64,000 bases of DNA from Lama glama (Eukaryota), in contig CM052816.1 in the NCBI GenBank assembly GCA_028534125.1, positions 50,780,001 to 50,844,000 on the forward strand, in the 5' to 3' direction. Of the stretch, positions 52,458 through 64,000 are shown one piece after another (the first letter of the stretch is position 1; each line of letters opens with the position of its first letter). The notes below the pieces were generated by a model, which saw nothing but the letters and a program-made list of their open reading frames with translations, did no database searches and was not told the origin of the DNA. A program made the position numbers and the translations under genes.

Positions 52458-52765
52458 ACTCACTCTGTTCAATAAAGTGGGCACAAGCCATGTGACCACT
52501 GCTGAGCACTTAAAACGAGGTTAGTACAAATTGAGATGAGTTGTAAGTGTATAAATGCACACTGATGTTTGAGAACTTAGAATGAAAAAAATCCATGTAA
52601 AATATCTCAGTAAGTTTTATATTGATTACATGGTGAAATGATTATATTTTGGATAAAATATATTACATTAATTTCACTTCTTTCTTTTTACTTTTCCAAA
52701 TGTACTTACTAGAAAATTTAAGATCACATCTATGGTTCACATTGTATTTCTGCTGGACATACATC
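52458..52765. mobile_element. MER33 hAT-Charlie DNA transposon
   Basis: 'tgagcacttaaaa...aaattgagatg...atgtaaaatatctca...tatattgattacatg...actagaaaatttaagatcacat...tatttctgctggaca'. Confidence 0.88.
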
Positions 52766-53309
52766 GTTCAGTTTGCTGATCTTACATGGACCCTTGAAGA
52801 ACCCCAATCTGAGATTGTAGGTGAGAGTGGAAAGTAGATAGAAGGGAGAAGGCAGATTAGGGGAGAAAAAAGTTAGCATTTTGACTGGAACTATATGGAC
52901 TCATGCTGAAATGTCTACTTGTGTTTCCATCCATTTGTTTCTTTGCATTATATGGCAAGCAAATATCACATTTGTCATTTTTTGATATCCAAACATCTTC
53001 TTTCTCTCTCATTAGGTTTACTTTTTTTTCCTAAATAAAGATGTTTTGATTTCTAGAAATGAGTATGACTTTATCTCTTCTTCCACATTTCCAGAACAAG
53101 AAAACTAGTAAACCACGGAAGACCCACAGGGGCCACCAGCACAAAGTGATCTTCAGTCACTGACATGTTCTGATGACTGCAGCAGACCCTGGGCTTTACC
53201 TAATAATTTCCATCCCCTCCTTTCAACAATATCCCAGTTTTGGTCAGGTATCTAACCTATTGGATTATTCACTTCTTATTACTTATTTGCCCAGAGTATC
53301 TATTCACAG

Positions 53310-53970
53310 AAGGGAAAATCTGAATGACTAATAAACATATGATACAATGCTTAATACCAGGAATAATCAGAGGTATTTAAATTAAACCAAAAAATGAAAT
53401 GCTTTTCAAACTCATCAAATTAAACTGATTTAAAAGTCTGATAGTCATGTCAGTAAAGATGTGGTACCATGGATAATCTCATCAACTGCTGGTGGGAGCA
53501 TCCATTGGTACAATTTAGTAGGATAATTCAGCAATATCTAGAATAGTTGACAGTGTGAATACTCTTCAATTTAGCAATTCCTCTTCTGAATATCTATCCT
53601 AGACACATGGAGAAAAATATTCATACAGCAGTATTTGCAATGGTCGAGTCAATGTGGAATGTGGTATATTATATTATACAATATGATATAGCAATTAAAA
53701 TTAATCAACTAGAGTCTCATATATTAATATTTCTAAATCTCTGCAACATAATAGTGATTGAAGAGAACAGTGGAGCTTGACATAAGTGTGATACCATTTA
53801 TGTAAAATTTGAAGATATACAAAACACTACGTAACGGGCTGATATATGTCCAATATGTATGTGATATGTATAATAAGCCAAATTCTGAATAACTTTTACC
53901 TCTGGAGAGATTGGAATCAAGGGAGGGTATGAAGAACTTTTAGTTTATATGTAATATATGTTTTATTTCC
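53310..53970 (+). mobile_element. L1ME3-like ORF2 end and 3' UTR
   Basis: 'actgctggtgggag...ttggtacaa', 'agcaattcctcttctgaatatctatcctaga', 'ataccatttatgtaaaattt'. Confidence 0.75.
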
Positions 53971-54087
53971 CTGGGTAGGGGGTTGGATAGAGGGGGCACA
54001 AATGTAATCAAATGGGCTAAATGGGAACACGCTGTTCCTAACATTGTTTAGCTGCATCAAAAGTACTCGCCAATTTCTCAGTCACAC

Positions 54088-54855
54088 ATTCATTTATCAT
54101 TTATTCATTTAACACACACATCATGTTTGGATACCTACTTTGAGCTAAATTCTAGGGATGTCCAGAAAGAGAACATTGCTGAGGGACTCAGAACAGCACC
54201 AGTGGCATAAAGCATAGGTACAGCCCGGGACCATGGGTGGGAAGGAGCTCAGGAAAGCCTCCCAAAGGACCAGTGCCCAGAGCTGAGCTTCAAGTAATGA
54301 GACAGAGCAGGGAGGGAAGGGAGTAGAAGCCGTGAGCCTGAATATTTAGGAAAGAGGGCAAAAGAGCGGAAATCCCAGCATGAGCAGAGACCCAGGGATG
54401 GAAGCAGCACTATTTCTGGGCAGAAACCACAGCCAGTTTGGTGTTGCTGCTACCCGAAATGTGAGGTTAGACTGGAAATGGAGGTGGGAAGGGAGGCAGG
54501 TGTGAGATGAGGCTGGAGGTGCAGATTGCTGGGGGCCTGGTGGGCTCTGGAAGGATTTTGTTCTTCATTCCATAGGCAATGGGAGCAAGTGACAATGCTT
54601 CATCAGGGGAGGTGCGTGATCAGTCTTTGATGCCATTGTGACAGGGCAGAGAATGGACTGGAGAGGGCAATAACCAAAGGCAGTCAAGCCACCTTAGTAG
54701 CTCAGCTTTGGATGACAACCAACCTAGAGCAGCGACAGCATGAGGGTATGAAAGGGCATGAGCTCAAGGAACAGACAACTCAGTATTTGGAAATGAATGG
54801 CTGTCAGGGAATGATGACAAAGTGAGAGTAGTCAGGGATGACTCCTGAGTTCCTT
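54088..54855 (-). mobile_element. L2 LINE 3' region
   Basis: Tail 'ttcatttatcatttattcatttaac'; 'gagatgaggctggag', 'taggcaatgggagc', 'gtcagggatgactcctgag'. Confidence 0.8.
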
Positions 54856-57499
54856 ACAGTAAATCCCTGCCTTCACAGAGACAGCACTTAAGGAAACCAA
54901 GTGTCGTCAGGTCCTGTGGCAGTTTAGCCTCGGAAGCAAGTGCTGCAGCCTCTTTACCACATCCCCACCCTTAGGCTGAGATCCCTTATAAAAGGCCATC
55001 AATATCCCTGGAATCTCTTACTTCTGCCTCAATCCTTTATTAAAACATTAGGGTATATGTAAAACCAGATGCGCACACTAAGCTTTCCTGACCACAAACG
55101 AGTGATGGGCTTGGTGGAATTCTCTGAATATATCTGATGTCATGTGAGGGGAAAGAAACCTAAGATAGGCGAAGATAAGTGAAGACCATTAAATACAAAA
55201 GGCAGAGAAGTTTGCTGGAGAGAATTGCTCCGAGTGTCTTTAGCAAACTCTACCCAAGATTCCCTCCCCAGTTCTCTTTGGAAAAACTCAAGAGTGACAA
55301 AATCATCTTAGAAGGGACATAATAAAATCCCAATAGTAAGATATTATATCAGTAAGATACATGCATTACCAACATGTGTGTTTGTTTGTTTAATTCCTTA
55401 CCAAAAAGGGGAGGGATCTCAAACTTGGAAAATATTTAAATGCAATATCCAAATCAAATGTGAACACTTGGTGATTTGCTCTCCTTCGGAAATTTTAAAA
55501 TTTATTTACCTAAGCTTTGAATGTAAGATTCCATCAGTCTCTGAGTTGTGACTCGTTAAAGGCTTTTAACTTTGGAAGCCATGCTCCATAAAACCCTCCA
55601 AACTACTCTCTACCAGAGACATATTATACACAGCAGCCTTGTGTTGATTTTTTTTCCAACCATCATACACTCTGGGCCAAGAACTACACACTAGGAAAAG
55701 CAAACCTCCCCAATGCATCACCAGACTATTATTTTTTAATGTTCCACATTATTTGAAAGAGAAAAATGTCTTCGTTGTGACTGAATGATATATGAACAAA
55801 ATGTGGACCCTTCAGAATGGACAAAAATCCAGTAAATTCTAGCAGGACTAGGAGAAGCCTGAAAGAAGAGCCTGCAACCAGCTTCTCTACTCTACGTGGT
55901 TTTTCTTTTCCCTTCGCCATGCCCCCATGGCAGAGCAATAACAACTGTCTCTTTTGGTTTGAGACTTGAAATTGGACCTGTTTTGTCTGCAGCGGAGTGA
56001 CTTGTGAAAACGTGGACCCACCTGTTGGAGAGAGGGCTCTCTTTCAAATGCAAAGGTTTTATAGGCTAAGATGATGAGGGCGACACCAATCAAAATCAGC
56101 GGATGGATCTCCAAGAGTTGAAAGGACAGGAAGTGCTTAAGTATTGGGTAAGCACAGTTCACCCGCTATGAACAATCAGTCCGTACCTCTGGGAAAACAC
56201 TAGGACCAAACTATCCATGGTACGTGTCTACAGTGTTCAAACCATCCAAGGCACTTTGTCACTGCCCAGCATATTTTGCCACCCAATAAAATCATGCACT
56301 CGGAAGTTCCCTATTTGCTTTGCCACCTCTTAGTTTACCTAGTCCTGTTTTGTGGTAACCCACTGAAATAACAGGGATCTTGATGAAATGTTTGGAGAGC
56401 AGAGGTTTTCTCTACTATCTCTGCGTGGACTATTCCCCATGAGCCCCTAGGCTTCAGTACCTTTGCATATTTCTTAACTCCATTATAATCCAGCTGCAGC
56501 TCTGCACAGTGCCTGTGCCAACACTGGGTTTGACTCTTCTCACTTCTGTCTGGGAGCAGGAAGAGGAGAAGAGAGGGTTAGTAGTGGAAGAGAGCAGTTT
56601 GCTCACTGGAGCCCGCTGGAGTGCTAGGCTGGCACTGCCGTTCCGGGCTCACTGACAATGGCATCGCCCAAATGCCCAGACACAGGGTCAGGAATCTCTG
56701 CTGCAGGAAGGCAGCAGGCGGAGAACCAAGACTGGCCTAGAGCCTCCTATCTCCCAGCAAACAAACTCTCAAGAAACAACCCCTCCTTATCTGTGCTGCC
56801 TCATTTTCGAAAATAACCTTTTGATCTTATTTGTAAAAAGTTAGATAGAGGTGTGATCAATGGTAGAAACAGGAGAAAGAAGACATTTATAAGGAAACCA
56901 GGTCTCCACTCTGCCCTGCTGCAAGGACCCTGAGCATCCACCTCAGGCTCAGGGGCAACCTCAGCACCACTTGTCACCTACTTGTCAAGTGCCCCTGAGT
57001 CTTCCATAGGCATCCATACAGCCCGTGTGCTGAAAGGTCAGAATGCGAATTTACAGGCTGGAGGAAAGTGCTCTGCATCTGACTTATCCTTGCTGGAGCT
57101 TTTCTGGAAAATCACATTCATTTTTCTCATCCCTCAGGCTCTTGTTGTCTAGCTGACTGAATGGTGATCAGGCCTTAGTTTAAAGTTAATAATAGCTTAA
57201 AACATTAGCCTTCCTTAGAGACACTGGTACCGGAAAATCTGCATTCATTATCTTTCTCAAAGAAAGTGACCCCTGATGGGGAGATGGGGGTGGGGATGAA
57301 GGATGGGTGAAGGTGGATGGGTAAGGGGATGGAGCACTAGCATAAGGCTGGTCCTTTTAGGTATATTTAGAGTGTCCTAAACTGGCAGAAACAAGAGATG
57401 TCTAAATTGATTTGAAGCAAGAACTAGGATGGGAAAACAGCTTACAGAATTTTACAGCTTACAGAATTGTTCCATTTACCACCTCCAGGCATTAACCTT

Positions 57500-58795
57500 T
57501 CACCTTCATAGAAGGACCTCTCTTCCCTGCAGTTTGTGTCATCCAGCCATTCCACTCATCTTACTGCTCTTGTGTCATTTACACACCTCCAGACCCACAT
57601 CCCTCTGAGACCCATTCATGGAATACAGTGTCCTCAGGTCATGATTGTCTTCTCCATCCCAAGTCCTGCTGTCATCCTGGACGGCGTCCACTATTTCGTG
57701 GGTGACTCCTCCATCACCCACCCACAGAGCTTCTCACTTTCTTAAACCAACCATCTTCACTTCCACTCCACCCCAGCCGCCCACCCTTTTGAACCCCTCT
57801 GGGCCCCATTATCCCCTAGGGTGCTCCAACTAGAAGCCTCTGAGCACAGTCTGAGGCCCCCCCCTACTGTTTCTGCTCCAACACAACTGTCCTTCAAGCT
57901 GACACCTTCAAAGTCTCCTCCTCTCCATTTTCATTGGCCGTAACCCTTCCCATGGCTGTTTCTTTCTCTACTTTCAGAGACCCCATAGCATCACTTCAAC
58001 CACAGTCCTCAGGGTCCTTCTGTCACCCTGCCCTCCACTTTGACTCAATCTCATTAGTGACTCTTTAGCTTCCACACACAGAATGCCAAGTATTATTGTG
58101 CAAACACACACATGCACTCACAAACACACATTCATGTACCGTTAAGTCCATAAGAAAAGCGCCATCTAAATTTACTTGGAAGCCCTAGAAGCCTGCAGTC
58201 CTTTTACATAGTCCTGGTCAGCTTCCTTTGCCATTTCTTGAAGTAGCTATTCCAAACCATAACCACACTTCCAAACCCCTAGCTGTCATCTCTCTGACAC
58301 CTGTGCTCTTTGTCTCATCTCTTTTCATCTTTTTCAAAACCAGCACTTTGCTTTCTCTTCTGTCATTTCATTCTTTCCATCTCTACTGTTTTCTTCCCCC
58401 ACAGCCCCTAAAAGCTATATTATAGATTTGTAAATGCTCTCCCTATTGTGTGTCTACTTATTTCTACTTATTTCCCCATCTCTCTCCTGCCCTTTCTAGT
58501 CAAGTGCCTCAAAAGAATATTCTGATAGACCAACTTCCTCACCCCCCAGTTATTCTTCAAACCACTGCCACCTGACTTGTCCAGATGGTCATATCACTGA
58601 AAAAGCTCTGAAAATGGTAAATAAAACTTCCAAGTTAAAGACTTCTTTTCCTCTGTTATCTTGCAGCCTTTAATAATATCAACTTTTCCTTCTTCTTAAA
58701 CTCTCTTGTCCGATAATGTCTCTGGCCTCCTTCTTCCAGTATTCTTCCCCAGTTCCTAGTATGCTGTCCAATTCTTAAATAATTGTGTTTCTAAG
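57500..58795 (+). mobile_element. L2 LINE internal region including endonuclease remnant
   Basis: Peptide 'SPAVILDGVHYFVGDSS' resembles the L2 endonuclease motif ILGDFNIHVD; C/T-rich sense strand. Confidence 0.65.
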
Positions 58796-58807
58796 AGCTC
58801 CAGTGAC

Positions 58808-59005
58808 ATCACTTCTTAGCTGTGTGATCTTGGAGAAGTTTCCTAAATCATTCCAAGCCTCTATTTTTTCAGCTATAAAGAGGGAATAATAATGGTACCT
58901 CCCTCCAAGTGCTATTGCAAAGATTTAAGTGAATTAGCATATGGAATGTGCTTACAATGGTGTCTGACACATAGCAAACACTCGGTAAACATTAACTGTG
59001 GTTGT
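58808..59005 (+). mobile_element. MIR SINE inserted in L2
   Basis: 'cacttcttagctgtgtgatcttggagaagtt...aataataatggtacct...tgtctgacacatagcaaacactc'. Confidence 0.88.
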
Positions 59006-59199
59006 TGGTGTGTTGTTGTTACGATGACCCTCTTCCCACTCCATAGCTCGTGGACGGAGGTCTCACGTCCACTGTTCCTACAAATATTTGCATCTGATGA
59101 TTCCTCTCAAATGCACTATGTCCAACACTCAGCTTTTCATTTCCCCCTAAAACCTCCTCTTCCTCTTCTAGTGGAATCTCAATAAATGATCCCATTATC

Positions 59200-59475
59200 C
59201 TCAATTCATTTTTTCAAAACATATTTATTATGTGTCTATTCCCCCAGGCACCATTCTTTTTGCTGGGAATTCAGAAACAAAGGCAAATTCCCTCCCTCCT
59301 GGGCAAGAGACAAGATACAAGGGTTCCCTCAGAGAGTGGCGCGGTCAGTGAAGAAGATACAGCAAGATAAGAGATAGAAAGTGACTCGGCAGAAGTGGTG
59401 GACACTTTCTTAGGAAGGGTAGTTAAGGAAAAGCTGTCCTCCTGGAAGAAGTGACATTTGTTCGGAGAGACCCCC
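59200..59475 (-). mobile_element. L2 3' end, opposite orientation, inserted in the longer L2
   Basis: 'tcaattcattttttcaaaacatatttatta...ccaggcaccattct' and 'ggaagaagtgacatttg'. Confidence 0.7.
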
Positions 59476-59519
59476 AAGCCAAGACATCAATAGAAAGGTC
59501 AGTCCTGATGTCCTTGTCT

Positions 59520-60140
59520 TCACATTCCTGTGTTGGTTCACTACTTGCTTTCCCTCTTGCTATATCATTTCAGGGCCCCTTCTCTCTGACACCAGTTATT
59601 ACCAGATTTTTCTGTCTCTCCATCTCTCGTCTCACAGTCTTGGACCTCTATATTTTTTGTAGCTCCATGATCTTTTAAAAATGCACATATCAATCACTGC
59701 AGATCCAGATGAAAGCTGGTCAGTGGCTCCCACTCTTCCCTGAAGAAGGTAGGCAAGGACCTCCACGAACCTGCCTGGGACTTCCCTTTTACAGCCTTGT
59801 GCCAATACCCCCACTCATGCTCTGGGTCTTCTCAACCATTTGCCATCCCCACCAAATGCCAGTGGTCGTAGTTCACCTCCTTCTCTTCATTCATGAGGTC
59901 CCTTCTAGCTACCATGCCCCTTCCACCCAGTCATCACTTAGATAAGCCACTGAGTTTCTAATTTCAACAAAAGCTGAGTTTTATGGAGCCTGTTCGACCT
60001 TGTACACTCAAGCAGATCTGCCCTCTCCTTATGTGCCTCCACTGTGTACTTTTCCACTACCCTCTCCTGAACTATGAGATCCTTAGGGGCAAAAACTGTG
60101 TCTGAGCCCAGAACCCACTGCAGCACCTTGAATGTAGTTG
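59520..60140 (+). mobile_element. L2 LINE 3' region (continuation)
   Basis: 'tgatcttttaaaaatgcacatatcaatca', 'tcagtggctcccact', 'actatgagatccttaggggcaaaaactgtgtct'. Confidence 0.7.
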
Positions 60141-60983
60141 ACAGGTGGCAGCACTGGACGTCAAAACCACGTGGGACTTTGGCATTCACTCTGTTCACTC
60201 CGTCTCTGGAAGAAGAACATGCCCAAGGCAAAGGCCAGGTGAACGACTTCAGGATGAGGTCAGATTTGGGGCCCTGCTCATTCCTCCTCCTGCAGCTGGT
60301 CTTTCACTTCCCGCCAGGTGCAACTGGCACCCGGTTCCTGCCACACAGAAGTCCACCTGCCACATTTCACTTAGTGCCGCACCTTTCTCTTGCCCCTTCC
60401 CAAGGGTCTACTGCTGTAGTGGTGCCGGTCTTATTTTCCTGGTGGCTGTGCTGCCTCACCTCAGATAAGCTAAGAAAAAGATCCGAGCTAGGGACTCTAA
60501 TTCCATATGCGTCTGCCTGAGTACTTGCTATGTGAAGGGCACTGTGCTCTGAGCAGCAGGCATCACACTAAGAATCCAGGTCTGATCTTTGCCCTTAAGG
60601 TACATACAAAACAGACTCACACATTTAAGTAGAGTGGAAGGCAGAATTTGAGCAGGGCTGTAGCAAGAATAGAAAGTCTCAAGGGTGTTTCAAGCGCTGT
60701 CCCTCCACACATGGCTCCTGATGCCAGATCACTAACCTCATGCAACGTCTGTATGGACCGAGTATAAGACCTTCTTGGAGAATAGAAATGTCAGTTTCTC
60801 TGTCATCTCAGGTAAAGACAGATTTGTCACAGTTTCTGGTGGAACAAAGTAGCTTTACTCTACTAAACAGTTTGAAGCCAACAATTGAGGTAGCAATCTG
60901 CAAGATTTTAAAGAAATCCAACTTTCCAGAATGTCTGGGTTTGCACAATGAAATCATGATTCTTTCCTTAGGTGGTACATTAT

Positions 60984-61256
60984 TAGCATGCTTCAAAGTG
61001 TAGACTACAGAAAATTCCCCTGGGATCTGTAGTCAGGTAACTTTGAGAAATATGAGGTTAACGTTAAATAGGTTTTTTGACAGTAGAACTAACCAGAGCC
61101 TTTAATAAGCTAAGATACATTATGTATTTCTATGGTGGGATAATAGTGGTATAATGGGAAGTCACCATTTCCCAAATGCATTAGACCATAGAACCCTTTT
61201 TGTAAGGTGCGTCTCATAGGACTGGTGCTCCACGGGACAAACTTTGAGAAAAGCTT
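60984..61256. mobile_element. MER103-like hAT-Charlie DNA transposon
   Basis: 'cagagcctttaataagctaa', 'catttcccaaa...gaccatagaaccctttt', 'ccacgggacaaactttgagaaa'. Confidence 0.75.
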
Positions 61257-61644
61257 ATCTGCGTGCATAACAAGCATCTACTTTACTCATGCAGACCAGC
61301 CTTTAAGAAAAATCCGTATCTTCCGCCTATTAAACTCACTATGTAATCAGTATTTTTGCTGATGATGTAAAACTTAGTTAATTCGATTTCTTCCTGAAGA
61401 ATATAAATCCATACCCCAGAGTGCTGAGAACAGCAGCCTTCGCGTATCTGTCTCTTATCAAATGTGGCCTTTCCAAGTGCTAATGTTTTTCTAATCCAGC
61501 TCGCTTTGAAACTATCACAGCATTAGCCTTAACAGTGCTGTCTGTTCTTGATAGCCTGAGACACAATTTTCGATAACTTTTAGTCAAATTCTCAGAATTT
61601 AAATAGTTAGATACTGAAAACAGCTAACATGGACTGGGCACTGG

Positions 61645-61822
61645 TTTGTTACCTCATTAAATCATTACAGCAATCCTATAAAATAGGAAGGATTACTGTT
61701 TCCGTTTTATAAGTAAGCCAACAGAGAGGCTAAGCAGAGGCTCAAGGACACATAAGCAGGAAGTGGTTGGGCTGGGATTTGAATCTGGTTCCAAAGGCCA
61801 TGTCCTGGCCCACCATGCTATA
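61645..61822 (-). mobile_element. MIR SINE
   Basis: 'ctcattaaatcattacagcaatcctat...ctcaaggacaca...ggaagtgg...gctgggatttgaatc'. Confidence 0.8.
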
Positions 61823-64000
61823 GTGTCACATGAAAGGAAAGCTACTAAGGTTTGTAGGAACACAGAGAATCGTTGGCACAGTCTCAGTCACCCAAATCTC
61901 CCCGACAGAGGTGTTGCTGGCTGTCAGTGGACCATCCCTAATGCCACCAAGAGTTTGCTCATCCCCCAGAGTAGAACTGAGCAAAACAAGGTGACCTGAA
62001 GCTTACTAAGACAATGCTACAGGAAGCCTAGTTCAACCACATGTTCTCATCTCATACCCTCAACTGCCTAGACCCATGTTTAGAATTTGGCAGGACTCAC
62101 AGCACACTGAGCCAAGCTTTTTCTTCTCTTTAATTGCTAAACCCATGTTTATTTGAAAGCAGAGTTAATCCATGTATTTCTGATTACCCATCAGAACTCA
62201 TCAAAATGAGGTTCTGAAAAAAGCCTGTTTGATGTTCAAAAAAATAATCTGAAGCCACCGCTCTTGTGAACAGGAAACTCAACTTCGCCAAAAGTAAACT
62301 GCTCCAAATTCTGAGAGACCAGTTTGGTCTGATCCTTTATAAGATATCTGAACCTCTTCACTGCAGACTTGGCCTAAACTTTATCCCTCGCTCTGTCTTT
62401 TTTTTTTAATCCATAGCCTATGCTTCTATTTAGCGCGTGATGGCGATTTCTGTCATCTAGGATGAGAACACCGCTCAAAATTATACTGTGGAACCAGCAA
62501 AAACATGTTATTTCCTTCATATGCCAAGCCGTTGTTTCCACTTTCATGATAGATAATTTTTCTTTTAGTCCTTTTTACTTTCCTTGCTTAATATTATTTT
62601 TTCATCATGGTTAAAAATATGTCAACTACTTAACTGACAAATATGAATATAACAGAGTGTTGAAATTGCAGGATATTTAAGTAGGCTATTCTAAAAAGTG
62701 AAGAAAATCCACTAACTTCAATTGAGGTTTTGAGGCATATACACACACACATACACATATATATTTATTTCTGGGCCTCAGGGTTTCTTTTGTCATATAA
62801 AAAGTTAACTACATCATCTCAACCTTGAGATCCAACTCCCAAATTCTCCAATTCAGTCAAAAATTATATAAAGTACTACTATAAAGTAATGAGACAGAAG
62901 CCCACCTGAAATTCGTCCTCACATAAAACATCTCACCAACATTCTATGGATAAAATGAACAAAATGGATTCAGTATGTTTATTTGACAGGTTTGGGAATA
63001 AGGAGTTTTGTGTAAACACTTGCAATGCTTATAACATCCATAAATCTCATATGAATGTCTTTTTTTTTATCCTTCCTTCATTAAGAAATTTATATCAAAC
63101 ACTCTTAAGTATTGCATTTGTTCTTTTAGAGAGTATGGCCTGTTTGATGGTTTAATTTAGGAAATGTGAGAATAGACAGAAAATAGTGCAGGTGTATTCA
63201 TGTTCTTCCTTCATAGAATAAATGTTTTTTTTAGCTCAGTCATCTGTTCCATGGTGCAGGGAAGGACTTAATTCTCTCTCACATCTGGATATCTTTATCC
63301 TGATGAAAACTACAATTAACTTTGCAACCCAAACTCCCACTTTCACAGAAACCCAGCGTTTCTATCTGCTTCCTGGCAGTGCCCATTGCTTTGCAGTCCC
63401 TGGTGATGGGGGGAGATGAGGGGAGTGAGCTCAGGGAGAGGAACCCACCAAGTATCTGTCCTCGATTGGCCACACCCTATACCTGGTGCCCCGTGTGTCC
63501 TGCATGGGTGTGAGGATGCAGGTGTAGGGCGGCAAGGACCATAGAATATTAGGTAGGACTTTTCTTCTTCGAGTCTCCTCATTCACCAGGGTAACACAGC
63601 TCCCAGGTCATACTAAAACACTTAGGAGAGTGTAAGGTGAAAAGTCAGGGGTCTGAGCATGACCCCAGAGTGCCTAGATCAAGGCACCTGAGGAATGGGA
63701 ACAGAAAGGGCAAAGCAGGGCCAGTCCAAATGTTTGCAATCAAAACAAATCCGCTCCAAGTGGTGAACCCGGACAGCTCTGGGACTTTGTTCTCTGGGGC
63801 TGCACCCTTTTGTCTTGCTGGGGGAGCGATGGTCCACCCTGAGGTAGAGCAAAGCTCTGACTCAAACCAACGCTGAGCCTTGTGCAACCCTCTCCAGGTT
63901 TGTTTTTGTTTGTTTGTTTTTGTCAGAGAATAGGCAGAAAACTGTTTGATCAGATCATTAGTTTTCTTTTTTTTTTTTTAACATATTTTGTTTTTAGTTT

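Noticed and set aside
57437..57468. 17-bp tandem duplication acagcttacagaatt(tt); similar short duplications near 2783, 23793, 34614 and 41351
   Set aside because: Ordinary slippage duplications with two copies only; no spacer structure, so not CRISPR-like
60074..60520. 148-aa ORF
   Set aside because: Starts within an L2 3' end, no recognisable domain, overlapped by equally uninformative ORFs
1..64000. Prokaryote-style novel system (operon, defence island, CRISPR, retron)
   Set aside because: The sequence is mammalian non-coding DNA with very low coding density and no repeat-spacer arrays

Overview
Mammalian nuclear DNA: AT-rich, CpG-depleted, intergenic or deep-intronic, with one 500-N assembly gap (28336-28835). 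I recognise no protein-coding gene, rRNA, tRNA or CRISPR array. The only ORF-track peptides I recognise are decayed retrotransposon fragments (L1 ORF1/ORF2 and the L2 endonuclease). The window is rich in old interspersed repeats: MIR, L2, L3/CR1, L1M-type LINEs, MLT1/MLT2/MER21/LTR33 LTRs, MER5/MER33/MER63/MER82/MER103/MER115 DNA transposons and one MamSINE1-like element. Two young L1 3' ends, with no Alu, B1/B2, Bov-tA/BovB, PRE1 or Can-SINE, suggest a camelid or related cetartiodactyl genome (inference). Repeat names come from recalled consensus sequences, not a search; subfamilies and most boundaries are approximate. The best observations are nested transposon insertions, several + strand splice-site-bounded candidate exons (a possible gene 3' end or lncRNA), and a few candidate regulatory motif clusters. 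I found no convincing evidence of a novel biological system.
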